Assembly: GCA_013265495.1 (NCBI GenBank)
Contig: MU057651.1
Span: 2,210,948 to 2,274,947, forward strand
Direction: 5' to 3'
From: Vicugna vicugna
Taxonomy: Eukaryota
DNA length: 64,000 nt
Shown here: positions 1 through 14,011 of the stretch, in pieces
Layout of the letters: every line of letters starts with the position of its first letter
How positions within the stretch are numbered: position 1 is the first letter of the stretch
The notes under the pieces: model-generated
The model's input: only the letters and a program-made list of their open reading frames with translations
What the model was told of the DNA's origin: nothing
Database searches by the model: none
Position numbers and translations under genes: made by a program

Positions 1-1789
1 ACGCGGCTGCTCCCCAAGGCCTGAAACCTGCTCTAGAAAACCGGGTTCTCTCCGAGAAAAAGTAAAGGCGAATTACAATTCAGGTTTTGAAATTATTAGA
101 GATCTAAACTGTGACATTAAGGTGTTCAAAGCAGCGTATTTCAAATCGGAGAAAGCAGAAAGGGAGCGGGAGGACAGAAACGACACTTAAAGATGCAGAC
201 GGTGTCACATCTGCAACCACACGGTGGGCCAGAGACTCTGAAGGATCCTCCTGCTAAAAAGCACCCAACTGGACAGAACAGAACAAAGATCTTGTGTAGC
301 TACGTTTCAACGACAAGAGAGGAAGAAAAGCAGCAGAAGGGAAAAAAGGACAAGGGGAGAGAGAGAGAGAAAGAGCAAAGGGCATTAAAAATGAAGAGGA
401 AATTACAGACCGAGCACTAGCCAAGTGCCCATTTCATTTCACATCAGTCTGAGTACTCCAGCGCTGTAATTTACCAGCCGAAAGAGACAAGGAAAAAAAG
501 CCTTGAACCTGTTAAAAAACAGGCAAAGCAAAGCACTGAGCAAGACACTAAGTACAACAGCAGAGCGAGAGGCGATGAAGTTCAGTCACAAAAGGGAAAT
601 AACAAGACACCTGAGAGGGGGAGCCCAGACTCCTCCGTGAATTCCTACACAATGGCTGCCTTGCAGGGCAGGCGTGGGTATCGTTACTGTGTTTGCTGTG
701 TGGCACAAGATGCCCTGGTCAGAAACTACCGTAACGTTTGGCTTTGCTGGGGAACAGCCGTGGACCGTCAGGCCACGCTGCGGAGAAGCGCAGACCACCT
801 AAGCCAAGGGGGCGCACCTGCCGACAAAGTGCTGCTGGTGAGAGAGGCCGCGGCGGCCAGAGTTACGAGGAAGGGGATGGAGTGAGAAGCAACAGGAGGG
901 ACAACAAGCCGCGAAGTCAGACCGTCAGCGGCACCTCGGCTACCCACACTGGAAAATGATACGAAGCACATCCAGACGTAAGAGTGGTTAAGGAAACGCA
1001 GGACAAGAAATTTATACACCACAATAAAAGAAACGGTGTATCTGAAAAATAAGCCACTTAAACCACAATTCATGGAGGGAGTGGAAAATGGAGTGAAATT
1101 TAAAACGCACTGGACAGACTGAACGTCAGATGAGACCCAGCTGGGCCAGAAATATTGAACACTATAAATGACTGGAGAAACTACTCAGAATAAACAGCAC
1201 ATAAAAGAAGGGGGGAGAAAAAAGCAGGAGACATGGAGAAATCGAGATAATCTAAAACTGAACTAAATGGAAGTTCCAGAGAAGCAAATGGAGCCAAAGG
1301 CAATTTTCAGAAGTGTTCTGGCAGAAGAATCTCCAGAACTGATGATGAAAGCAACGAATCCTCAGACTGCAGTGGAACAGCACGTACTGGAAGAGGAAGA
1401 ACGACCTGACAAGAAAGGCTGGGGTGCAAGGAGGAGCGGAGAGCAGAAGGAAAGAAAAAACGGGCAAAACTCTGGGGAAACCTAGATGGACACTGACACT
1501 CTGAAACAATCTAAAGAATAAGTAAAAAAAAATTTTAAAAAAGGACTACAACACTAGAAAACCAAAGCTTGAAAGACTGAAGCAGGTCCTAAGAGTAAAA
1601 GGTCTTTATGGTCTTTGTTGGTTTCTGGGGGGCGCCGTGAACTATGGAACTTTTGGTTCTGTTATCAAGAATGGATGTTACAATTCGAAGCAAATCCACA
1701 AAAAGAGTAAAAAATATATACACAAAACAAGAAAAAGTCAATTTAAAAACCTTTAATCAATCCCCAAAAATAGGGAAGGAACAAAACCT

Positions 1790-2195
1790 GAACAGAAAAC
1801 CTGTAAATGATATGATGCATAATCTCACCTACAAACAGAATCATAAAAATATCAAACTCACAGGTACAGAGAACAGACTGGTAGTTGCCAGGAGCAGGGG
1901 TTAAAGGGTGGGTGAAGTTAATCAAAATGTAGTCACAAGGTGCAAACTTCCCGTTGCAAGGTCAGGCCGTCCGGGGAACGTGATGCACCGCACGGCGACT
2001 CTCGTTAATACTGCTCTGTATATCTGAAAGTTGCTCAGACAGCAAATCGTAAAATTCTCATCACAAGGAAAAAGATGGCTAACTACACGTGGTAACCGAT
2101 ATTAAGTGACTGTGGTAACTGTATCAGAATATATACATAAATCAGATCATTACGTTGCACACCTAAAACTAATACAGTGTTACCACTTACATCTT
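1790..2195 (+). mobile_element. L1 3' UTR fragment (L1MA-like)
   Basis: ACAGAGAACAGACTGGTAGTTGCCAG...CTGAAAGTTGCT...TTCTCATCACAAG...CACACCTAAAACTAATACA, typical of L1 3' ends. Confidence 0.75.
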
Positions 2196-2329
2196 AGTAT
2201 AAATAAATACATAAATGAAACTCTAAAAATACTTTTAAAAACTGAGTAAGAGTGGCATAGGAAACAGAGGAGGAACAAAATAACAAAAGAAGAAGGAAAA
2301 TGAGGAAAAAGGAGGAAAATACTAGGTAT

Positions 2330-5020
2330 TTACAGCCAATCATATCAAGAGTTACATTAAATGTTACTGAAGTAAGTATTTCAACTAAAGAGTTTTTTAC
2401 TGGGGGAAACGGGGTCAACTGCATGCTTTCTACAAAAGACATGCATTTAAAATATGAAGACAGACACATTGAAACTAAATGGATAGAAACACACAGCTCT
2501 TGTGAATAGTAACCATCAGAAGACAGGTAACAATATTAATTTGAGACGCAATTTGAGAATAAGAGATAAAGGGGGCGTTTATGAGGATAAAGGGATAAAA
2601 GGATAAGGGAGGCACAAGACTTTTAAGTGTACATGTGTGCAATGAGCAGAGCTTCACAATGAATGAGATGAAAACTGACAGAAGTGAAGGAAGAAGTAAG
2701 TAATTCCACAATCATAAATACAGATTTTAACATCACCTTTTTTTAGCAAATGATAGAACTACACCTTTCAACAAAAATCAGCAAAGACATGGAACAGGTT
2801 TGACAAACTATATACTGCCCACTTGCGAGCCACCTGTTTCTGTAAATGAAGTTGTACTGAAGCACAGTGACACGCACTCATTTACGTGCCATCTACTGTT
2901 GCTGCTGCACAATGATGGCAGATTTCTTGGTTGTGAAAAAACTAGTTGGTTTTGTCTGAAATATTTACTGTTTGGCCCTTTACAAGGAAAATTTTATCAA
3001 CCCCTTAAAAAAAACCTAACAACTGGATTACTCACCTTTATCTGATGACAAAACATTACGCCCAGCATCTACATAACACTCATCCTCTCAGATGTACATA
3101 GTACATTTCACAAAACTAGGCCATGTGATGAATAAACTTAGAAAGACTTAACATACACAGTGTTTTGACCACAATGGAATTAAACTAGAAATCAGGAACA
3201 ATACAACATAAAAAATGCAAAATATTTAGAACTTAAGCAACCTTTTACTAAATAATTTATGGGTCAAAAAAAAGGGAAGCTAGAAAACATTTTGAAACAG
3301 AGAACACACACAACTCAGCAATGCAGAAATGAGAGATTACCAGTACAGATGCTACATACGTTAAAAGCGAAATGAGGGGATGCTGGGCAAAGAGCACAAA
3401 GGTCCAGGGATGTGGGATGAATAATTTCTGGAGATCTAACGTACAGCCCGGTGACGCCAGTCACCCAGACTGCACTGTACACTTGAGATCAGCCAAGAGA
3501 TGATCTCAAGTGTGCTCACCACTCCCACGATAAAGCAAGCACATGAGGTGACAGATACTTTAGTTAGCTGAAGTGTGCTATTATCTGCATATATCAAACC
3601 ATTCTGCTGTACACCTTAAATATATACAATTTTTACCAAGTGTATTTCAATAAGGCAATCAAAAATATAATTTCTAAAAATGATGCTAGAAACAATTTTA
3701 TGCCCATACAGTTTGACAGTCTGGATGCAATGTATGATTACCTTGTAAAGTATAATTTACCAAAACTGAACAAAATGAAAACAAAAATCCGGATAGACCT
3801 ACATCTAATTAACAAATGTCACTGCTGACGAAAATGTGCCTCAAAAGGACACTGTAAGCCGAGGTGCTGTCGCTGGTGAACTTCACCAAACATTTAAAGA
3901 AAAAGAGTAATCCGATCATTAAAACCTCTTTTGGAAAATGTGAGCAAAGAGAATGTTTATTAACTCACTGTGTAAGGCCAGTGTTCCCCAATAATCAAAA
4001 CCTGACCAAGTCATTACAGAAATAATAATGTAACTATTCACACAGACACAAAATACGTAACAAAATTTTAATATAATGAGGATATGTCTTTTTTTCAATA
4101 GAAGCAGAGAAAGTATTGGACACAACTGAACGAACATTCATAACATAGTCTCTCAGGAAACTAGGAATAACAGGGAACTTCCTGGATTGCATAAAAGTCA
4201 TCAGCGAAAAATTCAACTTAATATCTCACTTAATGGTGAAAGACTAAAAGCCTTCCCCTCAGATCAGGAACAAGAAAAGGGTGTCCACTCTCACTGCATC
4301 TGTGCAGCATGACGCTGTAGGCTCTAGCCATTCCAACAAGATCAGGCAAGAAACATCAGAAAGAAGAAATGCTGTCTGTTTGCCCGTGACAGGATGGTCC
4401 CACAGAAAATGCGAAGTATTCCATAAAGCAGCTACGAGGAACTAACAAATGAACTGAACAAAATGGCAGGATACAATATACGAATACACAACACGCAGAC
4501 ATTCGCTGGGAATCGAAACAGTTTGGCAGACAAATGACTTCTTTAAATATTCCACTTATGACAGCACCAAGAAACCGCACAGAACACTGAGGAATGAATT
4601 CAGCAGAAAACATGTAAGACCTTCAAGCCAAAAAATGCAAACAAACAAGCAAACAAACATGGTGAATGTTTTTTAAACCTAAATAAATGGAGGGAGACAC
4701 CATTTTCAGGTATTAGAAGACGAGATACTTAATGTCCCTTCTCACCAACTGACCCGCAGATACACTGCCACTCCAATCAGAGGCCAGGGTTATTTTTAGA
4801 AAAATGACATGCTGCTGCGGATTTTCAAAAAGTTTTGGAAGTGGAAAGGATCCAGAACACCCAGAACAACCTCGACAGAGAATTAAGATACAGCGTTTGT
4901 ACTACTTGAGATTATTACTAAACTTGCTGCAGAGGTGCGGAAGTGAAACAGCGGGGCCCTGGCATGAGCACGAACAGATCAATGCAAGAAGACAGCGCAG
5001 CCAAGAGGAAATATACACTA
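2330..5020 (+). mobile_element. Ancient decayed L1 ORF2 remnant, interrupted by MER58 and an L1 3' end (~3370-3660)
   Basis: A-rich; remnants such as TTTGACCACAATGGAATTAAACTAGAAATC and AAAGCCTTCCCCTCAGATCAGGAACAAGA. Confidence 0.75.
2795..3005 (+). mobile_element. MER58-type hAT-Charlie DNA transposon remnant
   Basis: CAGGTTTGACAAACTA...AAATATTTACTGTTTGGCCCTTTACA...CAACCCCT. Confidence 0.7.
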
Positions 5021-6797
5021 TTTGGGTCAAATCCCCAAAGAGCCACACAGATCTTCACTGGGGCAAATATGCCCAAATAAATTTGGACTTAGTTTAGGGG
5101 AAATTTCAAATTACTTAAGTCTTGCTAAAATCAAAGAAACGAATTTAGTAACAGACAGGAGCTAACGCCAGATGAAAAAGCCCTAAGGCAGAAAACTGAA
5201 CGAACCCAACAACAAGGCAGACAGATACATTCAATCGTCTTTTAAGTCCCCAGAATGCTTCTGTAAAAACACTCTTGCCTGTAACTTCTAAACTGTTTTT
5301 ATTATGATGCTAGACATTTATAATGTTATTATATTGGCAACAAGCCAGAAAGCATCAATCTTTGTTTTGCCCTAAGAAACCAAAAAGAGACCATTTTATG
5401 CCAAGAAAAGAAGGAAAGAAAAGAGGAGGAGGGGGAAGGGAAGGGGGAAAAAAAAGAAAGGAAGAAAGACAGGTATATAGCAAAACAAAACAAAACCCCA
5501 AGCGACAGAAAGTCACAGGGAAGAATGTTCCCAGAGCAACGTAATATAAGCACGTAAAGTTCTAAAGGAACCAACAGAGTTAACACGACTGCAGACCTTT
5601 CTCACTGAAAGCTTCACGATTTGGACAGTTGCATTTTTAATTCTGCGCTTCTATTTAACAAGCAGATGGGAAGCTGGCTCTCAGCGTCACAAGCGACCTA
5701 AGAAAAGTGCGCGAACACCTCTACGAGACCATCCTGGGGTCGACCACACGTGGCACGTCCTCTCCCTGCTCCCAACTGGGAGGCTTCAACACACGCTCCC
5801 ACTCCTCCAGCACAGACATGACATCAGTTGAGGGTCTGTGACTAGAAGTTTAAATATTGGCAGGAGGCTAAAAGGTACACTAGGTAGCAAGTAAACTACG
5901 ATTAGTAAGGTTAATAAAAAGTCTTAGAAAAATAATGTGACCTTCTATTCTTGGTGCCCCGAATTTAAGTCTCATTTCGAAAGTAAAGGAAAAAACCTGT
6001 CCTGGGAATGGGATGTTTTTCAAATGAAAACACCTTGCAACATATAAACAGACAATTTAAACCGTATTTCAGAACGCTGAGCGAGTACGAATTAAGAAAC
6101 CACCCCTCCGTCAGTTTCACCGGGCAGAACGTAATGGACGCTGACCTGAAGGCGTTACCTGTAGTTTTAGCAGGAGATTTTCACACTCATCATGATGTAA
6201 ATTATTTCATATTCCAAATATGTTAAAGTGCTGTTTTTAACAAAATGTTCAGGGTCCCTGAACAGTAATCTGAGATGGGAAGGTTTGCCATAGATTTACT
6301 GAACATGAAAACGATGTTCAGCATAAGGTAAAAGAGAGACTAAATTTAAGTGCGGCTGGGAATCACAGGGAAATCTCCATCCTGAGCACAGATACGCCGT
6401 GCTGGGCATCGAGCAAGATGAAAAGAGCAAACGCACGTCACGGATCAAGTTTAACATCCAGGACGAGAAACAGCAACGTGGAGAGAACCTTGCCCAACTG
6501 TGATTAAACTACTTCGCAGCAGCCAACAAGGCCGGATAAATGGGAAAATTATCTTTCTTAATACGGTTACAGAATGCTCGATTTCAAAGCGTTTCATAAA
6601 AATAGGAACTCTACTAAACCCTTATCATTTACTGCTTGATGTCATTTGATACAGTTTCACTTCTATTGTCGAGTTCCCTAAATGTGTTGGGGGGGCAGTG
6701 GGGGTAGCGTATTTCACAAATATCTAACGTGCTTACCTACACACTGAGCATGTTCTTTTTTTTTTTTTCCCCTTTTTTCTCACCTCACATAACATAC

Positions 6798-6874
6798 CTT
6801 AGCTAGTCTTTTGGAAGATTCACAATTATGGCCTGTACATGGCTTGGGTCCTTTGTCAGTGTCTACAGAGGAAA
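6798..6874 (-). CDS. ZPBP: ZPBP exon 6 ([26 protein letters not shown])
   Basis: 77 nt, tcag|TTTCC...AAG|gtatg, phase 1-0; matches recalled human [26 protein letters not shown]. Exons 7-8 not found in 1-6700. Confidence 0.93.
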
Positions 6875-7899
6875 CTGAGAAAATACGATATATTTATCAT
6901 GGGCATAGGTACCACACCACAATATTTAAATTGGTTTTTGAAATATAAAACAGATCATATGTCTAATATTTCTATTCCACTAAAAATAAAGCAATTTTTC
7001 TAATGTTACATCACCCTTTTCGGCTAAAATCTAAGTCAAAAATTATTTATACAAATCAGGAAAAACTCACCATCACAGTGAGCTTAAGAATTAAGCAACC
7101 ACGTTGGCAGTATTTGGCAACTGTAACAATGGAATTACTTTGACTTTTATACCATATTTATGTATATGTATGTATAAATGTGTGTATTCACTCAATATTC
7201 GACTTAACTCTACCCATATTAATACAGTGTCTATCATTTGACCAACTCACTCAATTCTTGATCTCTACAAAGAGATAAACCATTGTAACACCGGGCGGAG
7301 GAGGAGGTCGGACTTTAGTCGCGGCCACGGTAACCACAATCGTGAACACATTCATGTGTGCATGCGTCTATACACCTATTCACTCCACAGGTAATTACTG
7401 AGCACCTACTGCATACTAAGAGTCAAGCGAGGAGCCCGAGGTACACGAGCGGGCAAAGCCGGCAAGCTCCCGGACTTTCTGAAAACTGTGTTCTAATGCA
7501 GAAAACCAAAATAGACAGTCAGACACAGAAACAATAACCCACGGTCACCGCAGAGACACACTGTAGGGCGAGGTGCTGCGTCCTAGAAGAGAGACAGAAG
7601 GGGAGACTGCCATCACCTGCAAACTGTCCTTGGAGAGCGAGAGGGCAGCGAAGACTTCCCGACACGCACACAAGCTGAGGGCTCCCGCCTCTGCACCTGC
7701 CTGAGGGAGCTGCTCGGGGGGCCTGCAGGGCAGGGAAGGGCCACGAGACGGCCGCGTGGGGCGGAGGAGGAACACGGGCCTCGACAGAGGGAGGCAGGCG
7801 GGCGACGCGGAAGAGCCGCCAGCACTGCGAGACTGGGTCCTGAGGGCAACTGCTCCACACGTGATTTAAGAGCCTCACACGCTCGAGGGAAAACAGTTC

Positions 7900-9430
7900 G
7901 TCCAAGAGCCCGTGTTACTGCAACTCTGGCTTGTCACTCCACGCTCTGCTCGCTACATAATTTAAGAAATCGGTTATTTGGGGGCACACAACGTGTAAAG
8001 TGGCAGTTTACGCCACCGAACAACAGAAAAGTGGGAACAGAGCTGTGAAAGGAGAGCGTGCTACTGGACAGAAGTTAGGCGGGGAGAGATTCAGACCAGA
8101 GTGCTCTAAAACGAGGGTGCTCAGTGTAATTCCCTCGCCAGCCACAGGGAAAATCACTACAGAGTACACACAAAAGGAAATGAGAGAGACCGAAGCATTC
8201 AACTACAAAAAAGACCGCAGTGAAGCAAACGAGGAACAAAGCTGCTGTAAAGCACAAAGAAAACAAACAGCAAGATGGCACAGGTGAGCCCTGCGTCACC
8301 CATGATCCTTTTAACAGAAAGGATGAATTTATCATCCATCCAAAGACCGAGATTTCCGAATGAATCACAACTAGAATCCAACGGTATGCTGTCTACAGGA
8401 CTCACTCTAAATACAAAACCAAGAATACACTGCAAATAAAAGGATGGGAAAAGAGACTCCATGCAAACTAACTAAAGCAGAGCAACAGACAAAGGAGGAC
8501 ACTGTAAACTGATAAAAGGTTCAATGCAGCAAGAATCTGCAACAATCATCAACACTTGCATACCGAATACAAGACAATAAAAAGGCTTGGAACAAAGAGC
8601 CAACAGAACTCGGAAGAGAAATACGCAGCTCGACAGTACCGTCTGGACACTCCGATACCTCACGATGACGGACAGAACAGTCAAACTGAAGACAAGGAAA
8701 CAGAGGACCTGGCAAACAGCTGGTTTCAAGCGTGAGGTCTAGCAACAATCAAGAATCAACACCAATCCTCTCAAACGCTTCCAGAAAGCTGAAGAGGAGG
8801 ACACACCTTTAAACTCATCTGTTGAAGCCAGCATCATCCGGACACAAAAGCCAGACAAAGACACGATGAGGAAACTACAGATTAATATCTCTAATGGACA
8901 CCGATGCAAAAGCCCTCAACGAAACACTGACAAACCACACCCGGGAGCTAATTAACAGAATTATGCACCATGACCAAGTGGGACTCACCGCCAGCATTCA
9001 GTGCTGGGTCAGCAACAAAACGAAACCCATTACTGTGGCTTTGAACATACACGTGAAAAAGAATGAAAAGGGAAAAAAGCCCACAGGAACATCTCGTCTG
9101 ATGCAGAAAAAGCATTTTACAAAATGTAACATCCTTTCATGAAAAAAAGCTAAGAAACATAGAAATTGGAGGGAAATAACACAACCTTAAAAAAAGCCAT
9201 CTATTAAAAAATTCCACGGTGAACGTGACAGTCAGCGGTGAAAACCTGAAAGCCTGTCCTCTAACCCGAGGAAGCAGCAAGAACGTGCACCGTGCCGTTT
9301 CTCCCCAGCACAGGAACGGGCGTCCCAGCCGGTGCACCACGGCCAGGAAAGGACGTCGTCAGGAGCGTCCAAGTCGGAGAGGAAGGCGTGAGCTCATTTC
9401 TGCTCCCAGGTAGCATGATCGCACGCATAG
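7900..9430 (+). mobile_element. Old L1 ORF1/ORF2 remnant, GC-shifted
   Basis: Endonuclease/RT-like remnants (GCTGTCTACAGGACTCACT; GATGCAAAAGCCCTCAACGAAA; GATGCAGAAAAAGCATTT). Confidence 0.7.
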
Positions 9431-9556
9431 GCACTAAGATTCCACCAGAAACGTGTAGACTTACACTCTACAAGAGCTCCGAGGACTTGACAACATGGCT
9501 TTAAAAACAGTCTCGCATTGTCAATGTGTTCCCTTTAAGGAAGTGCATATAGTTAC

Positions 9557-9775
9557 CTGAAAACGTGAAGAACAGCTCATTTTGCAGACCAGCTCTTTGC
9601 ATCTTAACGCGATGGCACTCAGACTTCAGCAGGGACACTTCACAGGAAAGTTCAAGAACCAATTTGCTTAAAAGCTGAAGCAGTTTCTTCTCAAAAGAAA
9701 TGTTATAAATACTATTGCAGGGGGCCGCGTGGTACCGGGCCGTGAACTGGTAGTAGCTATGGGGCTCCCGGTAAG
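9557..9775 (-). CDS. ZPBP: ZPBP exon 5 ([34 protein letters not shown]...[23 protein letters not shown])
   Basis: 219 nt, tcag|CTTAC...TCAG|gtaac, phase 1-1; highly conserved Sp38-family sequence. Confidence 0.96.
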
Positions 9776-10149
9776 CTGAAAGACAGGGACCACAGGACGA
9801 CAGTCAGGGTTATTTCGGCAACGCAAACATACCGATACACCGCAGCGGTTCGAGAGAAGCCACTATTTGGAGTAAATTCACCGTGCAGCTGACCCCTGAA
9901 CCACCCACGGTTAGGAACGCCCACCCCCAGCTCGGCTGAAAGTGCACACCTGACCCCTGCAGGGCCCCCCTCACCCGGTTCCTCTGCCCCCGGGGTTCCG
10001 CACCCGGCAAGGCACGTCGCGTGCTACTGCAGAGCGGCCACGTCCAACCGGAGCCACACAGTTCAAGCTCACGTTATCCAAGGGTCAGCTGTGTACGGTT
10101 TTCTGTACAACGGCATATATTCTCTTCTGTTTGGTCGGCTTTGTTGGTT

Positions 10150-10335
10150 TTTTTTTTTATATGTTTTTACTGAAGCATAGTCAGTTTACAATGTGTCGAT
10201 TTCTGGTGCTCAGCACAGTGCTCCAGTCATACATGAATATACATATATTTGTTTTCACATTCTTTTTAACTGTAAATTACTACAAGATATTGAATACAGT
10301 TCCCTGTGCTGTACAGTATAAACTTATTTATCTAA
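10150..10335 (-). mobile_element. Short lineage-specific L1 3' end
   Basis: TGAAGCATAGTCAGTTTACAATG...TTTCTGGTG..CAGCACA; same family as the copies at 10500, 29080, 44940, 46995, 53265 and 60545. Confidence 0.8.
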
Positions 10336-10502
10336 CACATTCTTTTTAATTTACCACTTATTTAGCAATTACTAAGTGACAAATACTTTAGGCACTTTAC
10401 AAATGGTAACTCATTTAAATCTCCTAAAATTATTACAGATCGGACCTTCACATCTATTGCTAGGAAACTGAGATGCAGGGGTGAGGTCACACGCCCCACG
10501 CC

Positions 10503-10660
10503 TATGCTATGAAAAGGAACATACGTGTGTGCATGTGTGACTGAAGCACTGTGCTGTGCACCAGAAATTGATACAGCATTGTCAACTGACTATACTTCAA
10601 TAAAAATATATATAAACAAACAAACAAAAAAAACCCAAAACAAAAACAAAAACACCAAAC
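10503..10660 (+). mobile_element. Short lineage-specific L1 3' end with A-rich tail
   Basis: GACTGAAGCACTGTGCTGTGCACCAGAAATTGA...CTATACTTCAATAAAAA. Confidence 0.8.
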
Positions 10661-12954
10661 AAGGTTAAAAATGTAATGATACGTTTGGAGACCAAGTGAT
10701 GCATTCTCACTCGGCACAGAGCGAAATCAGACACAGAACAGTACGAAGGACAGAGGGCGAGCCCGGATGTGCAACGTGAAACGGAAGGAGCTGCAGAGGG
10801 AGAGGAGAGAGGGCAGGGCCGGAGGCAACTGAGGGGCAAATGGAAAGCATTCTGCAAGCTAGAGAAAGAAGCCTGTCACCGCACCACAAAGGCCCACGAG
10901 ACTGTCAATAAGCACGCTGAAAAGAAGCGTCACACTGAGACACAGGCGGCACAGCCCTAGCACGCGTTTCCCAAGGCACCCATCGGCACCTGCGCGTGCA
11001 CACCGACCCGCACGTCGACCGTGTCATGACCGATCACACCGAAGCCCGTGATGGGTCCACACGCGGCACACAGAGGAGGAGCCTTGGCAGACGGGGCTGG
11101 AAGCTGGGGCAAGGCTCACAGCAAAGCCGCAGCACAGAGCACGTGCTCCTCTGCTCATGGGATTGGAAAACCCCTCTTCTCTCCGGAAATCTGGCACGTT
11201 ATCAAGCTAACAGCTTTGACAGAAAGGAGTCTGAATATAAGGGAAAATATTGGCAAAATGCCCTCAAACCTGTTTCAGATGCATCCGCCTCTGACAGAGC
11301 CCCAATCTCCGGGGGACGCTCCCCACACACAGCAGCCCAGGGCCAGCCACAGCGGGATGAGGGTCACAGAACAGCGGTGTGGGAGGGAACGCGGAAGGCT
11401 GGAGGCCGCCGAGGGGACGGGCCCGGGGCCGGCAGGCGTTTCCGCACACTGACTGGCACGGCTCCCCGCGGGACAAAACTGCTCCCCGCCCGAGGAGCCG
11501 CCCCTCACCGCGGGGCGCCTGCGGCTCCTGCCCGGCAGAGGGAACCGGCGTGAGCTGGAACCTCGGTGCCGAGTCTCTCCGGCTCCCCGAACACACACAG
11601 AAGCCTACGGGGGCTGTTCTCAAGGTCTGGCTCTCAGGGTCCCTTTACACCCTTGAAAATTACCGACGGCCGCCAAAGACCTTGCACATAGGCTGCATCT
11701 AACAATACCTGCAGTGTTCGAAATCCAACCTGGGAAACTTCTTAAATGTTTACTAGTTCATTTTAAAATGAGAAAAGCCCATGAGACATAAAGAATCATG
11801 AAGGAACAGACCTTCAGGCACAGTAACACGCTTTTCGGTCAGTGGCAAGAGCGACACCGCTTGATGCTTTGGGAAGCTCTGCCCTGTGCGGCTCGGGAGG
11901 AGACAGCGGCCCCCCGCTCCTGGGCGCCCAGTGACGGCGAGGCGTGGCCCCTCAGACACGTGCAGCTGGCTGGAGGGACAGCGTTCTTAACAGTCCTTTC
12001 AAGTGACTGTGGAGGACTGTTCCACAGCGGTTCACCCACCAAAACTGTAAATCTCAACACAGTGGAAATAGTGAATTATATCACAGAATAGTTACAGAAA
12101 TAGTGTTCACCTTACTGAGCCCTCGGGACGGACTCAGGGTCCCCCAGGAGCCCACGGACTACACCTTGAAAACTACTCATCTATGTTCGGTGAGAGTATT
12201 TGAACTTACTAGAAACTGACAAGAACACAACTTAGAAAAATAGGGTAAACCAAAATGAATAGAAAACCTCAAAAGGAGTAATAAACACAGGAAAAGCTGC
12301 TCTAAGGGAAACGCAATCCTAACAGTGGCGCAGAATTTTACACCTGTTTTCGCATGCACTGCTGGATGAACAGAGAATTTATGTGAAGTTTACACACACA
12401 CGCACACGCACACAAAACACCCACTTCGTGCCTGTTTCCTCATCTCTACGGGGAGGAGAACTGCCCTGTCTATTAAATAAGGTAAATAATAAACAGAGCA
12501 CTTCAAAAAAAAAAGCCTCGCAAAAACAAGCAGTGCATGTGTTTCGCTGTAATTACACGTGAAACAGCCAGCATCGCCTGGTGAGCCCGGCCCACGGGAA
12601 ATGCTCAGTAAATACCAGCAATCGTCTTCATTGTTATAAACCAGCATTCACGCCATGCAATTACATTTGTGAGCACACGAGTGTCCCCTTATGAGAGATT
12701 CCAAGGCGTATTCGTCATGAACTGCATGAAATAACATATGTCCACGCCCGTATCGTGCAGTACAGGAAAAATGAAGTGTGACTGACGGCAAAGTTTAAAC
12801 AGATTATTTGCCTCCCAAAGTTAACACAACTTGTCACAAAAATGACGTCTTTCTTCGGATGTCTGGGGTGGTGCGTGTCAGGGACCCGCAACGCTCGGGA
12901 AACCACTCATAGTTCCGCCACCTGCTCTGCATCCAGCTGCGACAGCAACGCCTG

Positions 12955-13378
12955 TCAGCTTCCTACTGCTACTGTAAGAAGTTACCACGAACTCAGTGGC
13001 TTAAAAGAGCACAGACTGACTGTCTTCCAGTTCTGGGGATCAGAGGTCCGAAACAAGTCTTACAAGGCTGGTGTCATCCTTCTGGAAGCCCCAGGGGCGA
13101 ACCCACTTCTTTGCCACCTCCAGGCTCCAAGACCTGCCGCGTCCCTTGGCTTGGGGCCCCCTCCTCCGTCTTCAGAGGAAACCACTCCAGCCTCCCCTTG
13201 CACGGCCACGCTTCCCTTCCTGCCTCGGGCCCGCCCGGGTGACTCAGCGTAGGCTCCCCTCCTCAGGATCCTTGACCTCACTATCTCTGCAAACCCCTCT
13301 GCCCTGGCAGGGCCACGCATTCAGGGCTGCTGGCGGGTAGACACGGCCATCCCTGAGGACCCTTCCTCGTCTACCACA
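12955..13378 (-). mobile_element. MaLR (MLT1-type) solo LTR
   Basis: CTGCTACTGTAAGAAGTTACCACGAACTCAGTGGCTTAAAA...CAGTTCTGGGG.TCAGA..TCC...CTACCACA. Confidence 0.75.
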
Positions 13379-13861
13379 CGCGGGTCCCACCAGGGGCACG
13401 GAACTCTGCTTCGGGCTGTCCTGGCCGCTCCATTAGCAACTCAGCTCTCCAGTCTCAAACCTCAACTTGTCAAACTGCTTGTAGAAAAGGGTTCTGCAGA
13501 CAGCGGCCGCTCCTGCCCCTGCATGGGGGGGATGGCAGCGCACCATCAAAGATATGCAGACTTTAAAAGCAGTGCAGACTACGGTATCAACACCTCAATC
13601 TGAACACAGGACTCCACATCGCTCTGTTTTTATGCATTGTCTTAAACTGACCCGTGCAAGTCAATCCTTCCCTGAAGAGAAAAACGGCCTTCTCTGACCA
13701 CGAACCCCTTACACAGCGCTCTGCAAGATGCAGGCAGCCAGTGACTCTTCTTTGATTAAAAGAGACTAAAAACAACAGACCCCCTTTAATACAAACCTGT
13801 TAAAATGTGCAAATATTTGAAAACAAGAAATGTTAAAAAAGCAAGCGGCAGCACTTCTCAC

Positions 13862-14011
13862 CGTAGATGACGTACTTCAGCGGCAGCTTTCTGACCACCG
13901 CCTCCACAGTCGGCTTGTACTGCAGGAAACACGTGTACACGCCGCTCATGCTCTCCTCGAAGTCCTGGAACACCAGGCTCCCCGTGGATGTGATCTGCGT
14001 GGTGCTGTTCT
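13862..14011 (-). CDS. ZPBP: ZPBP exon 4, second half of Ig-like domain ([50 protein letters not shown])
   Basis: 150 nt, ctag|AGAAC...TACG|gtgag, phase 1-1; Ig SGxYTC motif. Confidence 0.96.

Noticed and set aside
10996..11702. Overlapping ORFs in a GC/CpG-rich patch of ZPBP intron 4
   Set aside because: Open in many frames with no homology; more likely a GC-shifted patch than a gene.
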